Assembly: GCA_016933025.1 (NCBI GenBank)
Contig: JAFGBT010000004.1
Span: 1,598-65,597, forward strand
From: Spirochaetota bacterium
Lineage (GTDB): Bacteria; Spirochaetota; UBA4802; UBA5550
DNA length: 64,000 bases
Direction of reading: 5' to 3'
In this document: positions 27,431-38,003 of the stretch, one piece after another
How the letters are laid out: each line of letters starts with the position of its first letter
Numbering within the stretch: the first letter of the stretch is position 1
Position numbers and translations under genes: made by a program
Notes under the pieces: generated by a model
Told to the model about the DNA's origin: nothing
The model's database searches: none
The model's input: the letters and a program-made list of their open reading frames with translations, nothing else

Positions 27431-28767
27431 GCGATTACCGCGCCTTGTTCCGCTGCATCGCCGGGTGCGGCGAGACCTATCCCCTCGACGAGGTCGTGTA
27501 CGAGTGCAAAAAGTGCGGAAATCTCCTCGAGGTGCACCATGACCTGGCCCCCCTGAAGAAGCTGAGCGCGAAAAAGTGGCGCGAGCTCTTCGACGGCCGC
27601 ACCGGCACCACCGAGTGGCCCTACGGAAGCGGCATCTGGAGCAAGAAGGAGTGGGTGGTGCCCGAAATCGACAGCAAACACATAGTCTCCATGTCCGAGG
27701 GAAACACCAACCTCTTCTGGGCAAAGCGCTTCGGCTCGATGTTCGGCATGAACGACCTCTGGATCAAGATGTGCGGCAACACCCACACCGGTTCCTTCAA
27801 GGACCTCGGGATGACGGTGCTCGTCTCCGTGGTGAACGATATGATTCAGCGGGGAAAAAACATCAAGGCCGTGGCCTGTGCCTCCACCGGCGACACCTCC
27901 GCGGCCCTGGCTGCCTATGCCGCCTGCGCCGGCATCCCGTCGATCGTCTTTCTCCCGGCCAACAAAATCTCGACGGCCCAGCTGGTACAGCCGATGGCCA
28001 ACAACGCCATCGTGCTCTCGCTCGACACGGATTTTGACGGCTGCATGCGAGTGGTCAGGGAGATCACGAAGGACAACACCATCTACCTCGCCAACAGCAT
28101 GAACTCGCTCCGCATCGAAGGCCAGAAGACCATATCGATAGAAATGGTACAGCAGTTCGACTGGGATGTGCCCGATGTCGTAATCATCCCCGGCGGCAAT
28201 CTGGGGAACGTGTCCGCGCTCGGGAACGGCTTCAAGATGATGCTCGACCTCGGCCTTATTAAAAAGAGGCCGCGCATCGTGCTCGCGCAGGCGCAGAAGG
28301 CCAATCCGCTCTACCTGTCATACCTGAACGGCTTCCATGAATTCAAGCCGGTCACCCCGCAGAAGACCCTGGCCTCGGCCATACAGATCGGCGATCCGGT
28401 CTCCGTGCAGAAGGCCATCCGAACCCTGAAGGAGTTCGACGGCATCGTGGAACAGGCGAGCGAGGACGAGCTGGCAAACGCGGCCGCTCTGGCCGACCGA
28501 ACCGGCACCTACTCCTGCCCGCATACCGGCGTGGCCCTGGCCGTGCTGATGAAGCTCATCGACAGGCAGGTCCTGTCGAAAAAGGACCGGACGATCGTGA
28601 TATCGACCGCACATGGCCTCAAATTCTCCGAGTTCAAGGTCGGCTATCACGAGGGGACCCTGAAAGAGGTCGACTGCAAGTACGCCAACCGGCCCATCGC
28701 CATGGCGCCGGACGTGGATAAGATCAGGGAGGCGCTGGAAAGGGAGTTTGCCGCGAGGAAGGGTTAG
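27427..28767 (+). CDS. thrC: Threonine synthase
   Basis: TGSFKDLGM (PLP lysine), [29 protein letters not shown]; coupled to hom. Confidence 0.95.
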   Translation: MSDYRALFRCIAGCGETYPLDEVVYECKKCGNLLEVHHDLAPLKKLSAKKWRELFDGRTGTTEWPYGSGIWSKKEWVVPEIDSKHIVSMSEGNTNLFWAKRFGSMFGMNDLWIKMCGNTHTGSFKDLGMTVLVSVVNDMIQRGKNIKAVACASTGDTSAALAAYAACAGIPSIVFLPANKISTAQLVQPMANNAIVLSLDTDFDGCMRVVREITKDNTIYLANSMNSLRIEGQKTISIEMVQQFDWDVPDVVIIPGGNLGNVSALGNGFKMMLDLGLIKKRPRIVLAQAQKANPLYLSYLNGFHEFKPVTPQKTLASAIQIGDPVSVQKAIRTLKEFDGIVEQASEDELANAAALADRTGTYSCPHTGVALAVLMKLIDRQVLSKKDRTIVISTAHGLKFSEFKVGYHEGTLKEVDCKYANRPIAMAPDVDKIREALEREFAARKG

Positions 28768-28779
28768 CTTTTACCGGGT

Positions 28780-28853
28780 GATAGTTATCTCCATACCCGG
28801 GGGTCAGAGCAAATCCGCACCGATAGTTATCGGGATCACTCAACAACAATCGG
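28780..28853. repeat. Third cluster of the GATAGTTATC repeat family, after thrC
   Basis: GATAGTTATC (28780), GGGTCAGAG (28801), CGATAGTTATCG (28821). Confidence 0.65.
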
Positions 28854-28994
28854 ACATGCGTCTTTAAATCATTTCACTCACCCGCCCATGCGGGCTAAAA
28901 AAGCACGTCAATATTTTTAAAAAAAACTGAAAACACTTGACGATGATAAAATGGTAGCTGATTATTACGCTCTGCCAATGGGCAAGGACTATAT

Positions 28995-29627
28995 ATGAGG
29001 CAAACAATTCTAAAAATCGCCTGCACACTGCTCCTGGTTTTTTCCGGGGAGCAATTGTATGCCCTCGGCCTGGGCGTGAACAGGACCATGAGCCCGGATC
29101 CGATGATCCCTGCCGAACCATCATGGCCAAGCTTCTCCGAAAGAATTATGGGCCACCTGAAGGGCCTCGATATCGTATACGATACCGCTGTGGCAAAAGA
29201 CCGCCTCTTCAATTACCGGGCCACATTCGAATGCTACACCATTACGGAGCGGCCATCCAATCTGTTCACCAATTATTCCCGGGAAGCCAATCATATCATG
29301 TTCGCCAATACGTTCGGATTCGGATTCCTCCGGACGCGGTATTTCAGGCTCTGGGCCGGCCCCCAGTTCACGCTATCATACAAATTCACAGAAAAGGACA
29401 GCAGAATTCTCGACAGGATTATTTACAACAAAATAGGGGCCGTGGTGGGGGCCAATATCCACGCCTCCGACATCATTACCCTCGGCTTTGAATGGGGCAT
29501 CAGGACCGGTTTTGGATTTGACCTCATGAAGTCGATTTCCCACACTTTCACCAGGGCGGGACTGGAGCCGATCGCCACCTTCAAGCTGATATTCAGGTTA
29601 TGGGATTCCTACCCTGCGGCCATATAG
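28995..29627 (+). CDS. Secreted hypothetical protein, probable small outer-membrane beta-barrel
   Basis: Signal peptide ending QLYA; amphipathic beta strands (FGFGFL, LWAGPQF, LGFEWGIRTG). Confidence 0.55.
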   Translation: MRQTILKIACTLLLVFSGEQLYALGLGVNRTMSPDPMIPAEPSWPSFSERIMGHLKGLDIVYDTAVAKDRLFNYRATFECYTITERPSNLFTNYSREANHIMFANTFGFGFLRTRYFRLWAGPQFTLSYKFTEKDSRILDRIIYNKIGAVVGANIHASDIITLGFEWGIRTGFGFDLMKSISHTFTRAGLEPIATFKLIFRLWDSYPAAI

Positions 29628-29686
29628 GGAACCGCATCCGCAGACATCGTACCGCGCACGATAAAAAGTTAGCCTCGATATGGCGG

Positions 29687-31564
29687 TCATGACCGGCCGA
29701 TGATGGCCGCCATCTTCGCCAGGATTCTGGCATTGAACTTCGCGCCATCAAGGATCCCCCGGTAGAGATAGCGTGAGCGCTTCGCGATCAGCTCTTTCTC
29801 TCCCATCCCGGCATCTTCCTCGTCTATATCGTGGCCCTCGGTTATGGTATGCACGACGCGCTGCATCGTGAAGCTGATCATGTCTTTCGCGTTCTTTTTC
29901 GATTCAATGGCGCGGTCCGTCTCCGCCAGCTTCTTTAAGAGATAGTCTACCTTTCCCTGCGCCCCCCCGTCCCCGCGGCCCCGCTTACCGTCCCGCATAA
30001 GGGACATCAGGCTTTCGGAGAAGCCGACGGCCCGTTCGATTGCCGGGATGAGAGAATCGACTTCTTCCCTGATGAGACCGATCCTTTTCAACAGCCTGGA
30101 CCCGCTGTCCGGCGAAGCGTCGACGGACGCGTTTCCGAAGAGCTCATCGATGCGAGCTTCGATATCCACCGCGGGAGCGGGCAGTGAGAGTTCGTCGGCA
30201 GCCGTATGCTTCACCCCGGGGATAAGGGCACCCGCTCCGGTCGCGTTGACGAGCTCGCTATCGCGCCGTTTTTCGAACCAGGAGAGGAATATCATCATTT
30301 TCTGGTTCGTATGCACCGTCGCGCCGCCGATCCCCTTCACGGAAATCTTCGGCAGCGCCGCGAGCTGGAACCGATTGAACATTTCAGCCGTATAGGTTCT
30401 CCCGGTGCGCAGGTGCACCTGCTCGTCCAGGTATGAGCCGCGCGCGTGGGCGTATCCGCCGGTGAAGGCCAGATCCTGCCCGACAAAGACGACCGGCGAT
30501 GCGCCGAGGCGCTTCGCAAAATCGTAGGCGTTGGTGGATACCGAACCGCCGTGGGTGATCTCCCCCTTATCGCCGGAAAGGCGCTCGATCCATTTCATTA
30601 GCTGGAAGGCGACGCCGGTCATCGCGACCCTCCCTCTGAAGAGGCGGAACACCGAGGGATGCACCGTCGGGTCGGCGATCAGGACCGTACCGCCGGGCGC
30701 TGAGCCCTCGAAATAGCGGGCGTTCACCGCCTGTGGATCAACCACAATACAGAAGTGCGGCACTATCCCCTGTTTTATAAGGATTTTGTACGATGTGTCC
30801 ACCACAACGATTACGGCCCGGTCGCGGTTCTGACGGATGAACTCAATGCTCCGATGGAGCGACGGCCCCGCGGCTGCGACAATTGCCGGGACGCCTCTGA
30901 ACGCGCCGAAAAAGATGTTCGCGCCCGGCGCACTCATGAAATCGCCGATGTTCCGCGCGATGTTCGAGGCCCATATCTTCTCGAACTTGGCGAGGGTGGC
31001 GATGTTCACCTCCTTGGTGGAGAGGTACGACCGTGCGATCTCCTGCAGGTTGCCGTAATAGTCCGGCTCGGCCTGGAAGCTGCCCCTGTGGAGGATAAGG
31101 CTGGAGCGGCGCGACGATTTGCCCCTCAGCGCATCCGCGATCGCGTCCTCTTCCGGATCGAGGAGCAGCAGCAGGCGCCCGTCTCCAAGGGCGCGCCTGA
31201 GGTCCCTGCAGGCAAGGGCCTTCCCGAGCATGAGCGGGCTCTTCTCAATGACAAGCATAATGGAATCAGGGCACATCCCGGCCAGGAGCTCTTCAACGTG
31301 ATAACCGAATCCGAAGCCGAACACGATAAACAGGTCAAACGCTTCGGCCCTTATCTCGCCGATTAAGCGCCCGGCCTCCTTCCGCGGATCGAACCTGCTG
31401 TGAACGAAGAGCCGCTTCCCGTCCCTGGCGACCGCCGGCACGAAATCGCCTTCCCTGGTCTCCACGACCTCTATGGAGCCGTCATCGGCCGCGCCGGCAA
31501 TCCGGTCATGGATGCCGGGGAACCGCTCCCGCACAATGGAGATATTGCCCTCGAATAGTCCCAT
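29687..31564 (-). CDS. Motility-associated factor (Maf/DUF115) family glycosyltransferase-like protein
   Basis: HSRFDPRKEA, IVFGFGFGYH, AAGPSLHR, GGSVST, VFVGQDLAFT; start placed at MGLFEG. Confidence 0.85.
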   Translation of the reverse strand: MGLFEGNISIVRERFPGIHDRIAGAADDGSIEVVETREGDFVPAVARDGKRLFVHSRFDPRKEAGRLIGEIRAEAFDLFIVFGFGFGYHVEELLAGMCPDSIMLVIEKSPLMLGKALACRDLRRALGDGRLLLLLDPEEDAIADALRGKSSRRSSLILHRGSFQAEPDYYGNLQEIARSYLSTKEVNIATLAKFEKIWASNIARNIGDFMSAPGANIFFGAFRGVPAIVAAAGPSLHRSIEFIRQNRDRAVIVVVDTSYKILIKQGIVPHFCIVVDPQAVNARYFEGSAPGGTVLIADPTVHPSVFRLFRGRVAMTGVAFQLMKWIERLSGDKGEITHGGSVSTNAYDFAKRLGASPVVFVGQDLAFTGGYAHARGSYLDEQVHLRTGRTYTAEMFNRFQLAALPKISVKGIGGATVHTNQKMMIFLSWFEKRRDSELVNATGAGALIPGVKHTAADELSLPAPAVDIEARIDELFGNASVDASPDSGSRLLKRIGLIREEVDSLIPAIERAVGFSESLMSLMRDGKRGRGDGGAQGKVDYLLKKLAETDRAIESKKNAKDMISFTMQRVVHTITEGHDIDEEDAGMGEKELIAKRSRYLYRGILDGAKFNARILAKMAAIIGRS

Positions 31565-31633
31565 GACATTACTATCGTATAATGCCGTGTTAAAGTTCAA
31601 GGAAAATATCGCGCATGAATCGGCATGCATCCG

Positions 31634-33472
31634 CTACCTGAAATATATATCGATCGTTGCGCCCTGTTCCACCGCGGCGCCGGGAGCCGGCTTCTGTCTG
31701 AATACCGAGCCCGAACCATGCAGGGTGTACGCGACGCCGACCCGCGTCTTCATCTCGATCAGAAGTCCCAGGGACTCCCGAATCCTCAGCCCTGTAAAAT
31801 CAGGCATGGTTTTTCCGTTAAAAACGGGGGGCTTAACCTTCCGCTGCGCCGGCTCTCTCGCCTTCAGACGCTCCTTCTTCTCACCCATGCGAATCAACAC
31901 CCGGTCGACAAGGGCCGCGAACACGGGAGTGGCAATCTCTCCCCCGGACAGCCTGTCCGCCGGGTCGTCGATGACCACCAGGATGCACACCGCCGGATCA
32001 TCGCAGGGCGCCACGCCGATGAAGGACGAAAGCACGCGATCGGAGTAGCCCTTCGCCCGTATGAACTTCTGCGAAGTCCCGGTCTTTCCGGCGACGCAAT
32101 AATTGGCGGACGCGGCCCTGCGGCCTGTCCCGCTCTCAACCACGCCCCGCATCATCTTCATCAGCCGGTCGCTGATGCCCTTGCTTATCACAGGCTTCCC
32201 CGCCGGCGGGGCGTACCGCCGGACAATCGTACCGTCCTCCTCTTCAATTGAATCGATGATAACCGGCGGCAGATAGACGCCGCCGTTAGCGACGGCGCAG
32301 TAGGCTGCCGCGAGCTGGAGCGAGGTCACCGATATCTCCTGCCCGATGGCGATCGAATACTTCGACAGTCCGGACCACCTGTCCGGCGGCCGGAAGATCC
32401 CCTCGGTCTCTGCAGGCAGGTCAACCCCCGTCTTTTTGCCGAAGCCGAACCTCGTGAGCATGTCATACAGGTCCTTTTTCCGTATCGTCTTCATCGCCTC
32501 GATGACCCCGACATTGCAGGAATGTCTGATAACATCGTTTATGCCGATCGTCCCATGGACGCCGGTGCAGTTGATCCGCGCGTCCGAGATGTCGATCCAG
32601 CCATTACATGTATACCTGTTGTTTATGACGGCAGGATTGCGTTCCAGCACAGCGGCCATGGAAATGATTTTCATGGTTGAGCCGGGCTCGAATGAATCGA
32701 TAACCCCGAAGTTGCGGCGCGGGAACGCCGGATAGTCGTAATACGCGTTCGGGTTGAAACCCGGTGATTTCGCCAGCGCCAGTATCCGGCCGGTCTTCAC
32801 CTCGATCACGACCGCCGTCCCCTGCTTGGCGCGGTAAAAGGCGACGGCCCTTCCGATCTCGCTCTCGGCGATGTGCTGCACGAAGCGGTCGATGGTAAGC
32901 GTGATGTTTTTACCGAAAGGAACGCCGCTGCGGAACGGCACGCTGGCGTCCGCACCGGAAAGCTCCCTGTCGAAGGCGTATTCGATGCCCGCAAGCCCGT
33001 TGTTATCGACGCCGACGAACCCGACGATGTTGGACGCGAGCGAATCGTGCGGGTACATCCGCTGGTACTCTTTCTTGAAATAGATACCGGGCATGCCTAT
33101 CTTGCGTATCTGCCCGGCGGCCGCGTCATCAATCTTGCGCTTGATCCATATGAAGCGCTTTTTTTTATTGAGTTTATCTATGATCGCTTTGGAGGATATC
33201 GGCAGATAGCGGGACAGGACACTCGCCGTTTCCGCCGGGTCTTTGATCTCCTCGGGGTTGGCGAAAAGGGAATATTTTTCCATGGAGAGGGCGAGGATAT
33301 ATCCGCCGCTGTCCCTGATCCAGCCGCGGTGCGCCTCCATTTTTTCCGGCCCGGGCACAACCACCCGCCCTGAAAAATGGAGGTTGAAGAGCCTGACGAT
33401 AAAAACGAGTGTAACGGTCGCGCATATCAGGCCGGCAATATAGACGCGGCGCTTAAATACCTTCTGGTTCAT
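31634..33472 (-). CDS. Class B penicillin-binding protein (FtsI-like) with C-terminal PASTA
   Basis: SxxK EPGSTMK, SxN HSCNVG, KTG GKTGTSQK; dimerisation domain HRGWIRD; PASTA MPDFTGL. Confidence 0.92.
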   Translation of the reverse strand: MNQKVFKRRVYIAGLICATVTLVFIVRLFNLHFSGRVVVPGPEKMEAHRGWIRDSGGYILALSMEKYSLFANPEEIKDPAETASVLSRYLPISSKAIIDKLNKKKRFIWIKRKIDDAAAGQIRKIGMPGIYFKKEYQRMYPHDSLASNIVGFVGVDNNGLAGIEYAFDRELSGADASVPFRSGVPFGKNITLTIDRFVQHIAESEIGRAVAFYRAKQGTAVVIEVKTGRILALAKSPGFNPNAYYDYPAFPRRNFGVIDSFEPGSTMKIISMAAVLERNPAVINNRYTCNGWIDISDARINCTGVHGTIGINDVIRHSCNVGVIEAMKTIRKKDLYDMLTRFGFGKKTGVDLPAETEGIFRPPDRWSGLSKYSIAIGQEISVTSLQLAAAYCAVANGGVYLPPVIIDSIEEEDGTIVRRYAPPAGKPVISKGISDRLMKMMRGVVESGTGRRAASANYCVAGKTGTSQKFIRAKGYSDRVLSSFIGVAPCDDPAVCILVVIDDPADRLSGGEIATPVFAALVDRVLIRMGEKKERLKAREPAQRKVKPPVFNGKTMPDFTGLRIRESLGLLIEMKTRVGVAYTLHGSGSVFRQKPAPGAAVEQGATIDIYFR

Positions 33473-33524
33473 ACCAATCCCGATGAAATCGTCTGGAGGC
33501 TTCCCGGCGGAAGGCCCCCGCGTC

Positions 33525-34619
33525 TCACCGTATCAGGCCGAACCTGGAAAAGTCAAGCTTGAAAATCTGCGCAGTGTTCCAGTAGAGTATGAAGGCCTTC
33601 CCCTTGATCCGCTCGACTTCGAGGTAGCCGAAGAAACGGCTGTCCTGGGAATTTTCACGATTGTCTCCAAGCACCACGACCTTCCCCTCCGGCACGACGC
33701 CCTGGATCTCGTTCTGCCTGGCAAGCCCGAAATTGAACGACCTGGTTAGTCCCTTCACGTACGGCTCCTCAATGGCCTTGTCGTTGATATAGACCTTCCC
33801 CTCCCTGATGTCGAAACGATCCCCCGGCACGGCAATGCACCGCTTGATGTAGTCCTTGTCCTCGTCATGGGGCGGCCGAAATATCACAATATCGCCCCTC
33901 TCTATCTTCCTGATCCCGAGGCAGGAAAGGTGCACCGGCTTTTTCATGCCGATCATCTGCGGGATGACCGGCCCATAGGTGATCTTCTCGACGAAAAGAT
34001 GATCGCCCACCCTCAGGGTATCTTCCATCGAGCCGGTCGGTATGTAATAGGCCTGGATAATGTACTGTATGATATGAACCGCAAGAACCAGGGCCACGAC
34101 AATGGCGTCGATGAAATCCCATAGTTTACGGTAGATCGCGGTGCGCCTTGGGGCCATATCGGTGAAAAGCGAAATGAGTCTGTCGCGGTCCTCCTCTCCG
34201 AGCAGGGCAAGGGGAAACGAGGGCTTCGCGTATTTTTGCCGCACCAGGAGATTGCCGAGCAAATTCCTCTCGAGATAGCCTATGTCGGCCGCAGCGATTT
34301 TAATTGTCGCCGCTGACTTTTTCAGCTCAATTCCCTCTTTTTTAACGGATATCGACCCGTTCCGGTAGCGGGCGAACTGCACGGTATGGTTTACGAATCT
34401 TATAATGAAAATCATGGTGGCGAATGAACCGAGAAAATATATCGGGATGAAGGGGGTCTTCACAAAAGGTATGGCGGCCGCGAGAAACAGGGTGGAATAG
34501 ATGAAAAGGAAGAGACACAGGACGCGTTTAACAAAAAACAGCGTTACCTCCCTGCCGGTGATAATATTAAACGTTGTATCTTCAATTGAAGAGCCGTCGA
34601 ACCGTAAAAATTGAATCAT
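33525..34619 (-). CDS. lepB: Signal peptidase I with long N-terminal extension
   Basis: IPTGSMEDTL (Ser), YIKRC (Lys), GDNRENSQDSR. Confidence 0.93.
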   Translation of the reverse strand: MIQFLRFDGSSIEDTTFNIITGREVTLFFVKRVLCLFLFIYSTLFLAAAIPFVKTPFIPIYFLGSFATMIFIIRFVNHTVQFARYRNGSISVKKEGIELKKSAATIKIAAADIGYLERNLLGNLLVRQKYAKPSFPLALLGEEDRDRLISLFTDMAPRRTAIYRKLWDFIDAIVVALVLAVHIIQYIIQAYYIPTGSMEDTLRVGDHLFVEKITYGPVIPQMIGMKKPVHLSCLGIRKIERGDIVIFRPPHDEDKDYIKRCIAVPGDRFDIREGKVYINDKAIEEPYVKGLTRSFNFGLARQNEIQGVVPEGKVVVLGDNRENSQDSRFFGYLEVERIKGKAFILYWNTAQIFKLDFSRFGLIR

Positions 34620-34762
34620 TACAATCGCTCCTGCAGCAATGCGTTTTATGCGTGTCGAGTTAAGAAAATGCGGTTTTTTGGCGTGCCCATAAAATGTATT
34701 GCTAAAATATCAGCGACTATATAAAATGAACATATTTAAGTGTCTACAATTTTTTATTAATA

Positions 34763-36622
34763 ATGAAAGAAATAAACGAAGCCATCAAGAAACTCTCGCC
34801 CGATGACATGAGGGAACTCGCCGCCCGGCTTCAGTTGAGGAAAAAAACAAAAAGGGACCTCCTGGGCGCAATGACGACGGCGACAGGCCTGCACGGCCTT
34901 TTTAAAAGCCTTGATACAAACTGTCTGAGGGTCCTCAAAGTGGTGTACGCATATCCGGATGGGGCGACCTTTGTCGAGATCCAGAGGGAGCTGAAACTCG
35001 ACATCCCGGTCATAGAAAAAGCAACGGAAATACTCTCGAGGAACCTCCTTGTCTATACCATTAAGAACAGGCAGATGCTCAACACGAAGATGGACAAGGC
35101 ATACGGGATCACCGAGATCGCGGAGCACATCAGCATCGTTGAACCCAAGGCCATAACCGACCGCCTCCACAAGAATTTTCTCCACCTGGAAATGCAGAAA
35201 CTGAACCAGGACCTGGAAAAGACCATCAAGGACCGGGACGTGAAGGCACTCCTGAAGTTCATGGCCGAATCGGGCTGCGTCGTCACACTCGACGCCGCCA
35301 GGGACCGCCTGCCCGCGAAATCGGCCGACAGGGTGCTGGCCGGCATGATATCGCAAAACCTGGTGACCCTCTACCAGGGCTACCGGCCAGATTTCAATTC
35401 ATACCTCATCATGCAGGACAGGATCAGCCCTTCAGTGGCCGCAATGGACGATCATGATGACGCCCGTAAAAAGCTCCAGGTTAGGAATCGGTATTACCTG
35501 CTACAAAATTTACTTCACGCATTTGACATCATCTCCACCTTCGGACTCTTTCTCACCAAGCAGCAGGAATTCCGGAAAATCGACATACGAAGAATCTCGG
35601 AAGCCATGCTTACCCTGAAAAATCTAAACGGCTCGGACCTGTCGCCGGAGGAATCCGCCCAGCTCTCCATGTTCATACTCAACAGGATCGGCTGCCTCAA
35701 GCTGAACAAGGACATTGCGGCGATATCGCTTTCTGAAATACGGAACGAAATCGAACAGCCTCTCCTGCTGGCAAAGCGAGTGCTGAAATGCGCAAGCCCC
35801 GGCTCATTCGATGAATTTTTCAAGCCGCCTTTCGAGATGCCGGATTACGAATTCAGCAAATCTATCATCAAGCTGCTCAACAAACTCAGGACGGCAACAT
35901 ATGATTACGTCAGGATAACCATGCTGACCGGGACATTGAGCGAAGCTGATGAGCGCGCTTTTGCCGAAAGCATTCTCGACCTGGAGGAGCAAAACGTCCG
36001 CTTCGGGACGGCAATGAATTTCCTCTGCATCACCGGGATTATCGATGTCAGCAGCGGAAAGATAGCTCTCTCGGACATCGGGAGGGATCTGGCCAACAGC
36101 ATGCTGAAGACATACGCGGCAGAGGAGCCTGCGGCGCCGGTCAGGAACCTATACATCAACCCGGATTTCACCCTTATGATCCCGGCCCACGAGCTGGGGT
36201 CTGAGACCCTGTACCACCTGCTCACGCATACCGATATCACCAAAAATGACGTCATCATAAACGCGGTAATCAGCAAATCAGCAATCGTACGCGCACAGAA
36301 ACGGGGAATGTCTCTGAACCGGTTCCTCGAGGCGCTCCAATCGCATTCCAAAAACGAGCTCCCTCAAAACCTCGATTTTCTGCTCAGAGAATGGTCGAGC
36401 CAAACCATTAACATAAAAATATCGCAGAGCATCCTCCTCACGTCAAGCCACCCCGAGTTCATCGACGAGCTGCTGCTCGGGATTGCCAAAGAAGGAATCG
36501 TCGAGCGGATCTCGCAGAACCACGCGCTGGTAAGAAAAGATTATATCGACGAAATCATCAAGGTGGGGAGAAAAAAAGATGCCGTTATATCGCTCTTCAG
36601 CGAATTAGAGGAGGAGGACTAA
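34763..36622 (+). CDS. Helicase-associated domain protein (Helicase_C_3 / XPB N-terminal-like domain at its C-terminus)
   Basis: LYINPDFTLMIP...ISKSAIVRAQKRGMS...FLEALQSHSKNELPQNLDFLLREW; no Walker motifs. Confidence 0.7.
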   Translation: MKEINEAIKKLSPDDMRELAARLQLRKKTKRDLLGAMTTATGLHGLFKSLDTNCLRVLKVVYAYPDGATFVEIQRELKLDIPVIEKATEILSRNLLVYTIKNRQMLNTKMDKAYGITEIAEHISIVEPKAITDRLHKNFLHLEMQKLNQDLEKTIKDRDVKALLKFMAESGCVVTLDAARDRLPAKSADRVLAGMISQNLVTLYQGYRPDFNSYLIMQDRISPSVAAMDDHDDARKKLQVRNRYYLLQNLLHAFDIISTFGLFLTKQQEFRKIDIRRISEAMLTLKNLNGSDLSPEESAQLSMFILNRIGCLKLNKDIAAISLSEIRNEIEQPLLLAKRVLKCASPGSFDEFFKPPFEMPDYEFSKSIIKLLNKLRTATYDYVRITMLTGTLSEADERAFAESILDLEEQNVRFGTAMNFLCITGIIDVSSGKIALSDIGRDLANSMLKTYAAEEPAAPVRNLYINPDFTLMIPAHELGSETLYHLLTHTDITKNDVIINAVISKSAIVRAQKRGMSLNRFLEALQSHSKNELPQNLDFLLREWSSQTINIKISQSILLTSSHPEFIDELLLGIAKEGIVERISQNHALVRKDYIDEIIKVGRKKDAVISLFSELEEED

Positions 36623-36957
36623 TCCTTCATTACCTTGATCATGTTCTTGGTTTTCCAGTTAACGTACTGCTGAAGTGCCTTGATGGTATTTTCACGGACA
36701 AAAAAAAGCTTCTCATTCAGCTTGACCAGCGCGCCCCGGTAATGAGTGTATTTGAGCTGGTGATCGACCCAACCGAGAAGCTCAACCCTTTTCCAGTTGG
36801 TCGTTGTCTTGAGGACGGGAAGCTTGCTTAAATGCAGCTCGCGGATAGTCCCGTTCTGCACCGCGTCGGCTAAGATTGATTCCCATTCCATCGGCATTAT
36901 GACCCCGGAAAATTTTTCAACGTCAACACTCGGTTTCGTCGTTTCAACCGGGCTCAC
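36619..36957 (-). CDS. Hypothetical protein (112 aa)
   Basis: Normal composition; coupled to the upstream gene (4-bp overlap). Confidence 0.7.
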   Translation of the reverse strand: MSPVETTKPSVDVEKFSGVIMPMEWESILADAVQNGTIRELHLSKLPVLKTTTNWKRVELLGWVDHQLKYTHYRGALVKLNEKLFFVRENTIKALQQYVNWKTKNMIKVMKD

Positions 36958-37868
36958 CGACCCCGGCCGGTCTTGTCCTTGTTATCCTTCAACTCGGCCA
37001 GGAGACGTTCAACTTCTCCGGAGAGCTGCTTGTTAAGTTCCCTCTGCTTCGCGATCTCGTCATGAAGATCCATAATCTCGCTGCGCGAGAGCTCTTCCAC
37101 CCGTTCCCGGGCATTGATTATCTTTTTCGCATCATCAAGCTCGCGGGCCGAGTAATCGATAAGCGATTCCTGGGCATTGATCACGTCCTTTGCGTCCATC
37201 AATTCCTTGCGCCGCAGCTCGGCGAGCATTTCTTCGGCCTTTATGCGGTCGCGCATGTCAAAGAGGTCCATCTGCCGTAGGAGCGTAAAATCACGAATGG
37301 CCGTGCTCAGGTTCGTCTGCTGCTTGATGAGGTTTCTCTCGAAGTCCAGGATTTTCTCAAAGGCCATCTTCTCCTTTTCCGACTCGAACACGTTTTTACG
37401 GTTGATATCCATGAGACCCTCATATGCTTCGATCCTCGATTCCGCCTCCTTCGAGATGAACTTCATTATTTCCCGGTACCGCTCCACTATGATCGACTTT
37501 TCAAGAAGGAGTAGAAATTCCCGCCTGTCCACCGGCCTGTTTAGAAATTCGAGATGCATGAGGTTGAAGTTGAGCTTTGTTATTTCCTTGACCTGGCTCT
37601 TCTTGACCATCAGGAACTTGAGCACATTCTGAAGCCGCTCTTCCTTGGAGATTTCCTTCACAAGCAGCTTTGGGTCGATATTGATGATATCAAAAATGAA
37701 GATGTTTATTTCGTCTTCGATAATATTGGCCTGGCGCAGCTTGTAGCCGGAAATAAGGTTCACGGTCAGACCAAGGCCGGTTATGGCATTGACAAGCTTG
37801 GTCCCGAGGTCGTTATCCTTCAAGTACCATATTGTGACTTTATCCATATCCATATCCCTACCGCTCAT
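36954..37868 (-). CDS. Hypothetical protein: degenerate receiver-like N-terminus plus long coiled coil
   Basis: TIWYL..., NIFIFDI, KFLMV, EFLNRPV strand pattern; heptad-rich C-terminal half. Confidence 0.6.
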   Translation of the reverse strand: MSGRDMDMDKVTIWYLKDNDLGTKLVNAITGLGLTVNLISGYKLRQANIIEDEINIFIFDIINIDPKLLVKEISKEERLQNVLKFLMVKKSQVKEITKLNFNLMHLEFLNRPVDRREFLLLLEKSIIVERYREIMKFISKEAESRIEAYEGLMDINRKNVFESEKEKMAFEKILDFERNLIKQQTNLSTAIRDFTLLRQMDLFDMRDRIKAEEMLAELRRKELMDAKDVINAQESLIDYSARELDDAKKIINARERVEELSRSEIMDLHDEIAKQRELNKQLSGEVERLLAELKDNKDKTGRGR

Positions 37869-38003
37869 TCTGATTTGAAATATAATTCCAGCATTATAAA
37901 AATTACAACTACTTTTTTAGAACGCCGAGTATGGCCAGGGCGGGCAGTCGGCAACACAACATGACCGGCGTCGATCCCCGGCGCCGGAAGGCCGCAGGCT
38001 TTA

